Origin: a virus
Taxonomy: Duplodnaviria; Caudoviricetes
DNA: 64,000 bases
Virus record (IMG/VR): IMGVR_UViG_3300023108_000002
Strand: one strand, 5' to 3'
Below, one piece after another: positions 51,201-60,338 of the stretch (position 1 is its first letter; the number at the start of each line of letters is the position of its first letter). Both the position numbers and the translations under genes were made by a program. Under the pieces are notes generated by a model that was not told the DNA's origin, did no database searches, and saw only the letters and a program-made list of their open reading frames with translations.

Positions 51201-54200
51201 CTACTGGAGATTTCCTTCTGTATGATGGTAGTGAATTTCTACCAGTCGATTTTGCAACTGAAGTAACCACATATGCAGACTCTCGTATTAATCTTGCAAG
51301 TATACAAGACTTATCAGATGTAGATGCAGTTGATACACCAGCAAATGGAGATGTTTTATTATATGATGCTGGAAATAGTAATTTTGGATTTATTAATCTT
51401 GGTAATGAAATTAATTCATATTTCGACATACGATTTGCAACAAAAAATACAGACGATTTAACAGAAGGTACTACCAATCTTTATTACACAGACGCCAGAG
51501 TCGGTGCATATCTGGTTGCAAACAATTATGCTACTACTTCATATGTAACAAATCTTGTAAACACACAAATTGCAATTGTAAATTCCAATTTAGATGACGA
51601 GATTTATAATAGAGAACAAGCAGATATTGATTTACAAAATCAAATCAACTCAAAGACTTCTTATACAACAAGCGATTTTGATACAGATTTTGCAACGAAA
51701 TCCACTACAGATTTGGCAGAAGGAACAAATCTTTACTATACAGATGCTAGAGCTGATGCAAGAATTACTACATTCGGTGCAGTAACGCAGAGTGATATTG
51801 ATGCATCTATTGCTGCTTTGGTTGACTCAGCGCCGACAACACTTGATACTCTAAATGAACTAGCAGCTGCGCTGGGAGATGATCCTAACTTTGCGACTAC
51901 GATTACAAATTCAATTGCAACCAAACTTGCAATTGCTGATTTCAATACAACTGCCGACACTTGGTTAGGAACAAAATCTACAACTGATTTAGCTGAAGGC
52001 ACGAATCTATATTATACAGATGCAAGAGTTGATTCAAGAATTAATTTACAAACCGGCACAAATTTGTCTTTGGCCAATAAAACTACTGATGATTTGACTG
52101 AAGGTTCTACAAATTTCTATTATACAGATGCCAGATTTGATACAAGACTTGCTACGAAATCAACAACTGATCTTGCTGAAGGAACCAACCTTTATTATAC
52201 AGACGCTAGATTTGATATTAGATTGTCCACAAAAACCACAGACAATCTTACTGAAGGTTCTACAAATCTCTATTACACAGACGCCAGAGTTGATGCAAGA
52301 ATAACTGCGGCCAATTTGTTTGATGGACAATTTAGCAGTTTAACAAATACTCCAACTACACTTGCTGGTTACGGTATTACAGACGGAGTTTCTACTTCTC
52401 AAGTAACTTCTATTGTAACACAACAAGTCGCAGCTCAAACTGGAGCAATTCAATCCGATCTTGATGATGAGATTTATGATAGAGAACAGGCAGACATTGG
52501 ATTGCAGAATCAAATAGATGCTTTGACAACAACTGATGTTGCTGAAGGAACCAATCTCTATTATACAGATGCAAGAGTTCAATCTTATTTAACTACACAA
52601 GGTATTGCCACAGAAACACTTACTTCACTTGGGATTGCTGGAAATGTTCTTACATACACAGATGAGAATGGAAATACCACAAATATTGATTTATCTCTCT
52701 ATTTGGATGATACAAATCTTGCAAGACTTACTTCGGGATCGCTTGCTGCAAATGGTATTGCTACGTTTATAAGAGATGATGCATCCACATTTACTGTAGA
52801 TTTCAGTCAATTTTTTGATGATACAAATTTATCAAGAGTTGATAATGCGACTTTCTCAAATGGTACACTGACACTCACTAGGGATGATTCATCGACTGCA
52901 GCTAGTGTAAATTTAGACGGTAGATACCTACAAAACCTTGTAGCTCAAACGACAGATGATCTTTCAGAGGGATCTACAAATCTTTATTATACAGATGCTA
53001 GAGTTAGAGATCAACTTTACAGTACTGTATCAGTAACAACTTCTAGTGGAAACTTCTATATTGATGGCGAACAACAAGGAATTGTAACACTCCAGCCAGG
53101 TAGAACTTATCGTTTCGATCAGTCAGATGCGTCAAATAACTCACATCCAATTAGATTTTCTGAAGTTTCAGATGGAACACATGCTGGTGGTGGCGCAACA
53201 GAATACACAACAGGTGTAACTGTTAATGGTACGGCAGGAAATGCTGGTGCTTATGTTGAGTTTGTGGTCACAAATGCTACTCCAAGATTGTATTATTACT
53301 GTGCGAATCACAGCGGCATGGGTGGAAAAGTCAGTGTCGGTAAGGAAATGTTTGTTGAACGTATCACTTCAGATACTTGGATTACGGGCCCTATCCAAAC
53401 TACTTCGGTGAATGTGGGTACTGGTGGTTCAATCAATGCATCTACCGCGACACTAGACTTTACTCACACTACTGTAAACTTTAGTGGTGCAACTGTAGGT
53501 GGTCTTAGTAATTCTGATGTTGGTTTGGCAAATATCGCAGATAACGCACAGGGTGTAGTTGTTACTGGTAAGGTTGCTGCCGATAGTTTAGATATAGGTA
53601 CTGGCGGTTCAATCAACGCACAACTTGCAACATTAGATTTTACTCATACTTTGGTAAATTTTAGTGGCGCAACTGTCGGTGGACTTGGTGATACTATTCA
53701 AGATGAAGTAGATTTTCATTTGAATAAAAATAATTCGAGTGGACAAACTATTATATCTGATGGACAAATACTAAGTTGGAATGCAACAGGTGGATTACAA
53801 GGTACAGGTGATTATGAGTGGATTGCACAATCTGGTGGTGGAGCATCTGTTACTACAAGCTCTACTGCACCAACAAGTCCTAATGATGGAGATTTGTGGT
53901 TCGATACTGACGAATTAAAAACATATGTATATTATAATGACGGAACATCTTCTCAATGGGTACAATCAAATCCAACAGGAGCTATAGGTGGTGGTGGAAC
54001 ATCTATTGAAATTTCTGATGTTGCTCCATCAAGTCCATCAGCAGGAGATTTGTGGTTTGATTCTGATGCTCTTAAAACATTCATTTATTATGATGATGGT
54101 AGTGGGGCCCAATGGATTGAATCTTCTGGCGGCGGCGGTTCTTCTATTGCGGATACTGATGCATTACCAGAGGGCTCTACAAACCTTTACTATACAGATG

Positions 54201-55492
54201 CAAGAGTTCAATCGGTTAGTATAAATGAAGTTGTAGAAGATACAACTCCCACATTAGGCGGCAACTTAAATTCTGGTGGATTTAATATTACTAATATTAG
54301 TGCAGATGGTTATAGTCTGCCAGTTGCAGATGGTACAAATCGCCAAGTTATTATGACAGATGGTAGCGGTACGTTATCGTTTGAAAATTTAGACACAATT
54401 CATACTGAAGTAACAAACCAAACTGGGTCAACTATTCTTAAAGGCACACCTGTTTATCAAACAGGAACAAGTGGCAATGCAATGACAATTGCACCAGCTG
54501 ATGCAAGTAGTTCAGCTACAATGCCAGCGGTTGGTGTTTTAGAACAAGATTTAGTATCAGGTGCTACTGGATTTGTTATCCATATGGGTAAAATTTCTGG
54601 AGTTGATACAAGTGCGTTCAACGAAGGAGACATAATTTATGTTGCAGTCGGTGGTGGTTACACAAATACCCCTCCAGTTGGTGAAAGTAATCTATTACAA
54701 AACTTGGGCCGTATCACAAAAGTTCATGCATCCAACGGCGGCGGCGTTATTATGGGTGCAGGACGTATAAATGCTGTACCCAATCTAAATGACGGTAACA
54801 TCTTTATTGGTGATTCAAACAATCAAGCAACTACTGCATCATTAAATACCTCTGTACAAAATTATCTATCAAATGTTTCTGGTAGTATCATTCCAGATAC
54901 AGATGTAACTTATGACTTGGGTAGTTCAACTCATAAATTTAGAGATTTGTATCTAAGTGGAAATAGTATTATTCTTGGTGGAATTACTCTCACAGAATCT
55001 TCTGGTTCTCTTTTAGTAACACCAACTGCTGGTGGAGCAAACAACACTTTCGCAACGGAAAGTTATGTAGATACTGCAATTTCAAATCTAATAGATACAG
55101 CACCAACAACATTAGATACTCTCAATGAACTTGCCGCAGCACTTGGTGACGATCCAAATTTTGCGACTACAATTACCAATTTGATTGGAACTAAACTTGC
55201 AACTGCTGATTTTAATACAACTGCCGATTCTTGGTTGACAACAAAATCTACTACTAATCTTTCAGAAGGCACCAATCTTTACTATACGGACGCAAGAGCA
55301 GATGCAAGAGTAAATCTACAAACAGGAACTAATTTAGACCTTAGTTCTAAAACAACCACAGATCTTGCTGAAGGTATAAATCTATATTATACTCAAACAA
55401 GATTTGATTCTGCTTTCACTGCAAAGTCTACGACAGATCTTTCGGAAGGTACAAATCTTTATTATACTGATGCAAGAGTTAGAGCTCATGTA
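45087..55492 (+). repeat. Dispersed/tandem 25-26-aa fibre-shaft repeat (TTDL.EG(S)TNLYYTDAR), 32 copies over two genes
   Basis: Manual count: 4 copies in the 1119-aa ORF and 28 in the 2782-aa ORF; a perfect 75-nt tandem lies at 49016-49191. Confidence 0.85.
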
Positions 55493-56605
55493 GAAGGACA
55501 AGATTTAGATTTAGGAACTAATAAAGTTTTATTCTCTAACATGTATGCTACAACTGGAGATCTTCCTTCTGCTACTTCATATCATGGTATGTTTGCACAT
55601 GTGCATGGTACAGGCAAAGCATATTATGCCCATAGCGGTAGTTGGATAGAACTTGCAAATGATAGTCAAATTGTTGCTCAAGATTTTTCTTGGAGTTCAA
55701 TAACTGGAACGCCAACAACATTAGCAGGATATGGAATTACAGATGGCTATGTAGACGCAGATGTAGATACTCACCTCAATACATCAACCGCAACATCTAA
55801 TCAAGTACTTTCATGGGATGGCACTGATTATGCGTGGGTTGCACAATCCGGCGGCGGAGGTGGTGGAGCTTCAGTTTCAGTTTCAGATACGGCACCAACT
55901 TCTCCATCTGAAGGCGACTTATGGTTTAATTCATCAAACACAAAAATGTATGTGTATTTTAATGATGGGACATCTTCTCAGTGGATTCAATCCAATCCTT
56001 CTGGAGCAACATCTCCAATCACCGCATCTGATACTGCACCAACCAATCCAGTTGAAAACAGTATGTGGTTTGATTCTACAGACGGAACACTATATTTTAG
56101 ATATAATGACGGAACATCTGAGCAATGGGTAAATCTTATTGGAGCTACATCAAATGGCGGTGGTGGAGGCGGCGGATCTTCAGTAACTGTATCTGATACT
56201 GCACCAACCACACCAACAGAAGGTGATATGTGGTTTGATAGTAGATATGCGGTTTTACTCGTCTATTATGGAACACAATGGGTAAATGTATCAGGCGAAT
56301 CTGGTTCATCTACAACACCATCTTGGCAGGAAACAACAAACCACACAGCAAGTGTTGGAGATAAACTCTTTGTTGATTGTAGTGGTGGTGCCGTGACTGT
56401 GACTCTTCCAGTGTCACCATCTATGGGAGATGAAATTAGAATAATTGATGCTACAGGAAATGCGTCTACAAATAATATTACTATTGCAAGAAATGGAAGT
56501 AATATTCAAGGGGTTGCAGACAACTTAATTATAGATACGGATAGGGCTGCCTTTGGGTTGGTGTATTACAACTCAACTCAAGGTTGGTTGTTAATGGAGA
56601 GATAA
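48257..56605 (+). CDS. Long mosaic tail-fibre protein (2782 aa)
   Basis: 28 TNLYYT shaft repeats; 3 x APTTLDTLNELAAALGDDPNF; 4 x LDDEIY.REQ; 2 x IIPDTDVTYDLGS...FRDLYLSG; 5 x AP..P..G..WF(D/N) knobs; one cupredoxin-like domain; C-terminal VTVTLP...GD.IRIID...NITI.RNG..I.G...LVY....W domain resembling the T4 gp9/gp10 beta-domain. Confidence 0.85.
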   Translation: MAINDNQKLDFLWKKLGYGVSKTDINSIKNATNESIPSPLLIRGDRLWAEADQIPTTIPSSDTSQVQLETIETTADATASANRTWKTGNGDWIPPEFGSTYQIKVYLDNSGAANPASTGTQLFAAGSGNNDEWFFDYQSGVLNFIGDNLPSGISGKTVYIIGARYIGNFGISGTTDGIVEGATNLYYTDERVDDRVANLILDGQGITKSYDDAGNLLNIAIDFTEFDSDDIIEGAVNTFLASRTTDDIPEGSTNLYYTDARVDTNFATKTTTDLTEGTNLYYTDARVDTNFATKTTTDLTEGTNLYYTDARVQTYLTANNYATISTVTQQVAAQIGAIQSDLDDEIYDREQADLNLQSQIDNLVLNDLTDVSVTSPTSGDALVWNGTSWIPQAPFSQADFDSAFAAKTTTDLTEGTNLYYTQTRFDSAFTAKSTTDLSEGTNLYYTDERVDDRVAALIQDGVGITKTYDDAGNLLNIAIDFTEFDSDDIIEGAVNTFLASRTTDDIPEGSTNLYYTEARFDTRLATKSTTDLAEGTNLYFTEERVDDRVAALIQAGEDISVVYDDVANTLTIALASSVDGLDLSNNSTDDLSEGSTNLYYTDARVDANFATKTTTDLTEGTNLYYTDARFDVRLATKTTTDLTEGTNLYYTEARVDANIATKTTDDITEGATNLYYTDARVQTYLTANNYATISTVTQQVAAQIGSLQSDLDDEIYDREQGDLALQNQIDSLTTTDVAEGTNLYYTDARFDARLAAKTTTDLTEGTNLYYTDARVQTKLGDVSGHIIPDTDVTYDLGSTTNKFRDLYLSGSSIYLGSLQLSDNNGALEVTASGSTEVFATETYVDTAISNLIDTAPTTLDTLNELAAALGDDPNFSTTITNLIGTKLATADFNTTADTWLGTKSTTDLSEGTNLYYTDARVDARITASNPYDSSDFDTDFSGKSTTDLTEGTNLYYTDARADARVAAANIGVLNDVNTTGIATGDFLLYDGSEFLPVDFATEVTTYADSRINLASIQDLSDVDAVDTPANGDVLLYDAGNSNFGFINLGNEINSYFDIRFATKNTDDLTEGTTNLYYTDARVGAYLVANNYATTSYVTNLVNTQIAIVNSNLDDEIYNREQADIDLQNQINSKTSYTTSDFDTDFATKSTTDLAEGTNLYYTDARADARITTFGAVTQSDIDASIAALVDSAPTTLDTLNELAAALGDDPNFATTITNSIATKLAIADFNTTADTWLGTKSTTDLAEGTNLYYTDARVDSRINLQTGTNLSLANKTTDDLTEGSTNFYYTDARFDTRLATKSTTDLAEGTNLYYTDARFDIRLSTKTTDNLTEGSTNLYYTDARVDARITAANLFDGQFSSLTNTPTTLAGYGITDGVSTSQVTSIVTQQVAAQTGAIQSDLDDEIYDREQADIGLQNQIDALTTTDVAEGTNLYYTDARVQSYLTTQGIATETLTSLGIAGNVLTYTDENGNTTNIDLSLYLDDTNLARLTSGSLAANGIATFIRDDASTFTVDFSQFFDDTNLSRVDNATFSNGTLTLTRDDSSTAASVNLDGRYLQNLVAQTTDDLSEGSTNLYYTDARVRDQLYSTVSVTTSSGNFYIDGEQQGIVTLQPGRTYRFDQSDASNNSHPIRFSEVSDGTHAGGGATEYTTGVTVNGTAGNAGAYVEFVVTNATPRLYYYCANHSGMGGKVSVGKEMFVERITSDTWITGPIQTTSVNVGTGGSINASTATLDFTHTTVNFSGATVGGLSNSDVGLANIADNAQGVVVTGKVAADSLDIGTGGSINAQLATLDFTHTLVNFSGATVGGLGDTIQDEVDFHLNKNNSSGQTIISDGQILSWNATGGLQGTGDYEWIAQSGGGASVTTSSTAPTSPNDGDLWFDTDELKTYVYYNDGTSSQWVQSNPTGAIGGGGTSIEISDVAPSSPSAGDLWFDSDALKTFIYYDDGSGAQWIESSGGGGSSIADTDALPEGSTNLYYTDARVQSVSINEVVEDTTPTLGGNLNSGGFNITNISADGYSLPVADGTNRQVIMTDGSGTLSFENLDTIHTEVTNQTGSTILKGTPVYQTGTSGNAMTIAPADASSSATMPAVGVLEQDLVSGATGFVIHMGKISGVDTSAFNEGDIIYVAVGGGYTNTPPVGESNLLQNLGRITKVHASNGGGVIMGAGRINAVPNLNDGNIFIGDSNNQATTASLNTSVQNYLSNVSGSIIPDTDVTYDLGSSTHKFRDLYLSGNSIILGGITLTESSGSLLVTPTAGGANNTFATESYVDTAISNLIDTAPTTLDTLNELAAALGDDPNFATTITNLIGTKLATADFNTTADSWLTTKSTTNLSEGTNLYYTDARADARVNLQTGTNLDLSSKTTTDLAEGINLYYTQTRFDSAFTAKSTTDLSEGTNLYYTDARVRAHVEGQDLDLGTNKVLFSNMYATTGDLPSATSYHGMFAHVHGTGKAYYAHSGSWIELANDSQIVAQDFSWSSITGTPTTLAGYGITDGYVDADVDTHLNTSTATSNQVLSWDGTDYAWVAQSGGGGGGASVSVSDTAPTSPSEGDLWFNSSNTKMYVYFNDGTSSQWIQSNPSGATSPITASDTAPTNPVENSMWFDSTDGTLYFRYNDGTSEQWVNLIGATSNGGGGGGGSSVTVSDTAPTTPTEGDMWFDSRYAVLLVYYGTQWVNVSGESGSSTTPSWQETTNHTASVGDKLFVDCSGGAVTVTLPVSPSMGDEIRIIDATGNASTNNITIARNGSNIQGVADNLIIDTDRAAFGLVYYNSTQGWLLMER

Positions 56606-56608
56606 TAA

Positions 56609-58225
56609 ATGGCACAGAATTTTCCATCAAGTCCATCTAATGGTGATACGTTTACTGCTAATGGAGTTGTTTTTGTTTACAATTCTACTAAAGGTGTTTG
56701 GGCAAAACAAGGAACATCTATACCACCAGTAGTGTCGGGACATGTTATACCAGACGCAAATGAAACCTATGATTTAGGAAGTGCTACCAATAAATTCAGA
56801 GATTTATATTTGAGTGCTGGCACTCTATATCTTGGAGACAAAACATTTTCTCAAACTGATATTTTAGACTTTGACCTCACAATCGATCCAGAAACTTTCA
56901 CTATCAATGTTGATGCACCAGATGCCGGCGGGGGAATGGATTGGAAATGGACTTGGGATGCCGGTAAGGTTGCATACACAAGACTTAAAATTACTAACGC
57001 ATTACAGTCAAATATTCCATTGTATATTGATGGTACATATGTTGTAAATAACTTCGCTGCCCATGATTTGCATGGCGGAATGACACAAACACATAAAATA
57101 TATCTCAAATGGATTGACGGGCCAGGAATAGACAATTTGGTTTCTTGGGCAACTTCTACTTTGAATGTAACTGGTGTTACTCATCCAGATATCAATGGTG
57201 GACAGGCCACAGAAGTGCAAAGATTGAATATTAGTATTCCGTCTACAATAACATTACCAACACTTACACCACCAATAGTTTCATATGATGTCTCATTTGC
57301 AAACACAGGATTTTATACTTTTGGAGGTTCGGCACATGGAGACAATCCAGACTTAAATCCATTGTATAGAGGCGGAACATACACATTCAATCTAGATGCA
57401 AGTCTTTCTGGTCATCCATTCTATCTTACCACGGATGACGGTACAAACTATGTCTCTGGAACATATGTTGGAGAATATACAGATGGTGTCACTGGTTCTA
57501 GAAATGAAAGTGGTACTCTTGTATTTACCGTTCCAGCTAATGCACCAGATACATTATATTATCAATGTGGCATTCATGGCGCGATGAGAGGTACAATTAC
57601 AATAAAAGACCTTGCAGTCGAGACAAATTCAGAGAATAATTATATTTTGTATTTTCAACATGACCAACAAGGACACAAAACTCCTGTTGAAGTAAAACCA
57701 GTGCCAGTAATTAATGATGTAGATAATCTGACACTTGTGTGGGATGGTACTACGAATAAATTCAAAGCAAAAGACATGGGCGAATATATGGATGATACTG
57801 CCCAGTTTCAGTCTAAGATAGAAAAGGTTATTAACGAATCTACTGTAGTTGAAACTGGTTTGAGTGACGCAGAAGTTTCTACAAAAATTAAAGATGAAAC
57901 AATATTCAATATAAATTTGCATCAAGGCGGAGCACTTCAAGTTCATACTGGAACTAAGCGTTGGTATGCTCCATTTAATCTACAAGTTACAGGGATTGCT
58001 TCCAGACTTGGGACAGCTGCGGATGCAACAGTTGGTGTTGATATTAAAAAGAATGGAGTTTCAGAGGAAACATATTCTTTTGGTGCAAATGCAACAACAA
58101 CTACAATTACAAATCAAATTATTAATATGAATGTAAATGATTATCTTACAGTTGATGTTACAAGTATAGGAACAACGAATACTGGAGAAGATCTTTATGT
58201 TCAATTTACATATAAAAAAGTATAA
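56609..58225 (+). CDS. Fibre-associated protein with a cupredoxin-like domain (538 aa)
   Basis: NFPSSPSNGD...YNSTKGVW N-terminus; YDLGS...FRDLYLS motif; GHPFYL...LYYQCGIHGAM. Confidence 0.7.
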   Translation: MAQNFPSSPSNGDTFTANGVVFVYNSTKGVWAKQGTSIPPVVSGHVIPDANETYDLGSATNKFRDLYLSAGTLYLGDKTFSQTDILDFDLTIDPETFTINVDAPDAGGGMDWKWTWDAGKVAYTRLKITNALQSNIPLYIDGTYVVNNFAAHDLHGGMTQTHKIYLKWIDGPGIDNLVSWATSTLNVTGVTHPDINGGQATEVQRLNISIPSTITLPTLTPPIVSYDVSFANTGFYTFGGSAHGDNPDLNPLYRGGTYTFNLDASLSGHPFYLTTDDGTNYVSGTYVGEYTDGVTGSRNESGTLVFTVPANAPDTLYYQCGIHGAMRGTITIKDLAVETNSENNYILYFQHDQQGHKTPVEVKPVPVINDVDNLTLVWDGTTNKFKAKDMGEYMDDTAQFQSKIEKVINESTVVETGLSDAEVSTKIKDETIFNINLHQGGALQVHTGTKRWYAPFNLQVTGIASRLGTAADATVGVDIKKNGVSEETYSFGANATTTTITNQIINMNVNDYLTVDVTSIGTTNTGEDLYVQFTYKKV

Positions 58226-58228
58226 ATA
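58221..58228 (+). promoter_or_regulatory. T4-type late promoter TATAAATA overlapping the upstream stop codon
   Basis: Exact motif; GGAG RBS and ATG at 58250. Confidence 0.8.
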
Positions 58229-58249
58229 GTAGAAAAATCGGAGATTACA

Positions 58250-58489
58250 ATGGATTTTACCAGAGATGTAGATGTTGTAGATGAAAACGGCGAAGCTACG
58301 ACAAAAACAATGAATTTTCACGCAACATTAGAAAATGGTGTTGCGGAAGTTTTTTTAGTGGACGCTGAAGGAAATAAAACAAGTTTAGTTTTGCAGCCTT
58401 GGAAAACCAATAGAGATGGAACAAGAAGTGATTGGATAGATTTAGATGAAGTTGTTTCTTGGTATCAAGACCTAGACGTAGCATTCTAA
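58250..58489 (+). CDS. Hypothetical protein (79 aa, acidic, Trp-containing C-terminus)
   Basis: Good RBS, own late promoter, and fills the gap between flanking genes. Confidence 0.7.
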   Translation: MDFTRDVDVVDENGEATTKTMNFHATLENGVAEVFLVDAEGNKTSLVLQPWKTNRDGTRSDWIDLDEVVSWYQDLDVAF

Positions 58490-58499
58490 GGAGAAAAAA

Positions 58500-60329
58500 A
58501 TGGCAAAAATTAGAAGAGCAGGAGCAATAAACAAATATACAGTTTTTGAAGACCCAAGACCTTCAAAAAATACCCTATATTTAGAACATGAGGCGCACGA
58601 CAAAACAACTTTAGCACCTAAATTTGGAGGAACTCTGCGAACAAAAGTAGCAGGAAATGCTGACGATTTTGATGGTTATTTCTCAGGTAATTATATTCGA
58701 TTAACAAACACCAACGCCTATGATGGTCGAGCAGGCGGCGCTTACACTATGGCACTGACGAAAGAAACTGCATATTGCTGGCACTACGAAGGAGCGGCTG
58801 GGGGAAATCAATTAAATAATGTAGATTACTGGAACTTTTTTTCGATAGACCCCACACTTCAATCGGGTCCTCTTAGAAGAATTGTAGACTCTACTACTAA
58901 TGATGAACTGCTACTATACAATATTAAAATAACACATTATAATTGGTATTATCAACATTCTTGGTATAACGTGCCAAGCACTAGAGAGCTTTACGAAACT
59001 AATCCAACAGATGTTTACGGATATGTTGGTTCGACCACTACTACAGATCACCAAGAACCTGTTTTTTGGACTGTAAAAGATCCAAACAGTGACAGAGTTT
59101 CGGGAATTGCTGGGTATTTCAGATGGGGGTATAATTTTAGACCTTGGATGAGTATTGCAAGAAACTCATTTTCATCATTCAACAGTAGTAATGACAAATA
59201 TGATATTTCTCCATCAAATCCTTGGTGGTATATGTATATTGGACAATCCACACAAGACGGACAGCCACTATACTTGATGACTCATCACGATACAGATTAT
59301 CAACATTATATTCGTAGGCATAATGTATCAACTGATAATACAACTGATTTGTTTGTGAATACAACTGCACCTAGCGCTTCTGGCACCTCATATGGTGGTG
59401 CAAGAACTATGAATGCCACAATGGGTCAACTTCAAAAGATTTCTTCAAAACATTTTGATGATCCTGGCGCAAGTGATAAGTGTTGGTATGTGCCGTATTT
59501 TGATACGAGCTATAACTATCATCCATTCGTATTTAGATGGAATCAGTCAACCGATACTTTTACAAGAGATCAGGCAACAAACATCACGGGAGATTTGAGT
59601 TCTACACATATGTTAAACTTGTTCGGCACAACCAGTGATAGCAGGGGTTTCGTAGGAGTTGTTTATAACGAAACATTTGTGAATGGTGGTAATAGATATT
59701 TAACTGTTATGTATCTTAACGGAGAACATAGATCACAAGATAGTCAACCGCTTGCAAGAACATTTGTTACATATTCAGTAGATGCAGCGGACCCAACAGC
59801 TCTTACACACCATTCAGCAGTCACTATTCCAGAAACGGTAAAACAAATTGTTTTCTTGAATGACGCAAAAACACTTTTAGGAGTTTTTGGTGTAGATGCG
59901 TTTTATATCTATAATTGGGATAATGTAAATGGTTGGACGCTCACAACAACTATTGCAGAAAAAGCATTTGCAGTAGGTAGAGATTCTACAGATAGAATCT
60001 GGATGGTTGCTGGTGGTGGAAGTGGCACTTACGCAGATATTCATGTTATCACACCAACAATTCCTGTGAGAATCACTATCACTCCTGCCCAATCCTCATA
60101 TAATCACACTGGTACAGATATTAATAGTACTATCGATGTGAGTGCATATAACATTGCAGGCGAAAGAATTGCAACTGATGTTGAACTATCTATTGATGGT
60201 AGTACTATGACTTTCTCAGGTGCAGCAACTACAACAACTGTAACTACATCAACATCAGCAGAAACATCTGTAGCTATTGTTATTACAGGTGCCGGACTTA
60301 GTGATATTGTAGCTAACGTATCGATTTAA
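58500..60329 (+). CDS. Hypothetical beta-rich virion protein (609 aa), possible propeller plus C-terminal Ig-like domain
   Basis: AAGGAG RBS; rich in aromatic residues and Thr; no family confidently recognised. Confidence 0.55.
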   Translation: MAKIRRAGAINKYTVFEDPRPSKNTLYLEHEAHDKTTLAPKFGGTLRTKVAGNADDFDGYFSGNYIRLTNTNAYDGRAGGAYTMALTKETAYCWHYEGAAGGNQLNNVDYWNFFSIDPTLQSGPLRRIVDSTTNDELLLYNIKITHYNWYYQHSWYNVPSTRELYETNPTDVYGYVGSTTTTDHQEPVFWTVKDPNSDRVSGIAGYFRWGYNFRPWMSIARNSFSSFNSSNDKYDISPSNPWWYMYIGQSTQDGQPLYLMTHHDTDYQHYIRRHNVSTDNTTDLFVNTTAPSASGTSYGGARTMNATMGQLQKISSKHFDDPGASDKCWYVPYFDTSYNYHPFVFRWNQSTDTFTRDQATNITGDLSSTHMLNLFGTTSDSRGFVGVVYNETFVNGGNRYLTVMYLNGEHRSQDSQPLARTFVTYSVDAADPTALTHHSAVTIPETVKQIVFLNDAKTLLGVFGVDAFYIYNWDNVNGWTLTTTIAEKAFAVGRDSTDRIWMVAGGGSGTYADIHVITPTIPVRITITPAQSSYNHTGTDINSTIDVSAYNIAGERIATDVELSIDGSTMTFSGAATTTTVTTSTSAETSVAIVITGAGLSDIVANVSI

Positions 60330-60338
60330 GGGGGATAT

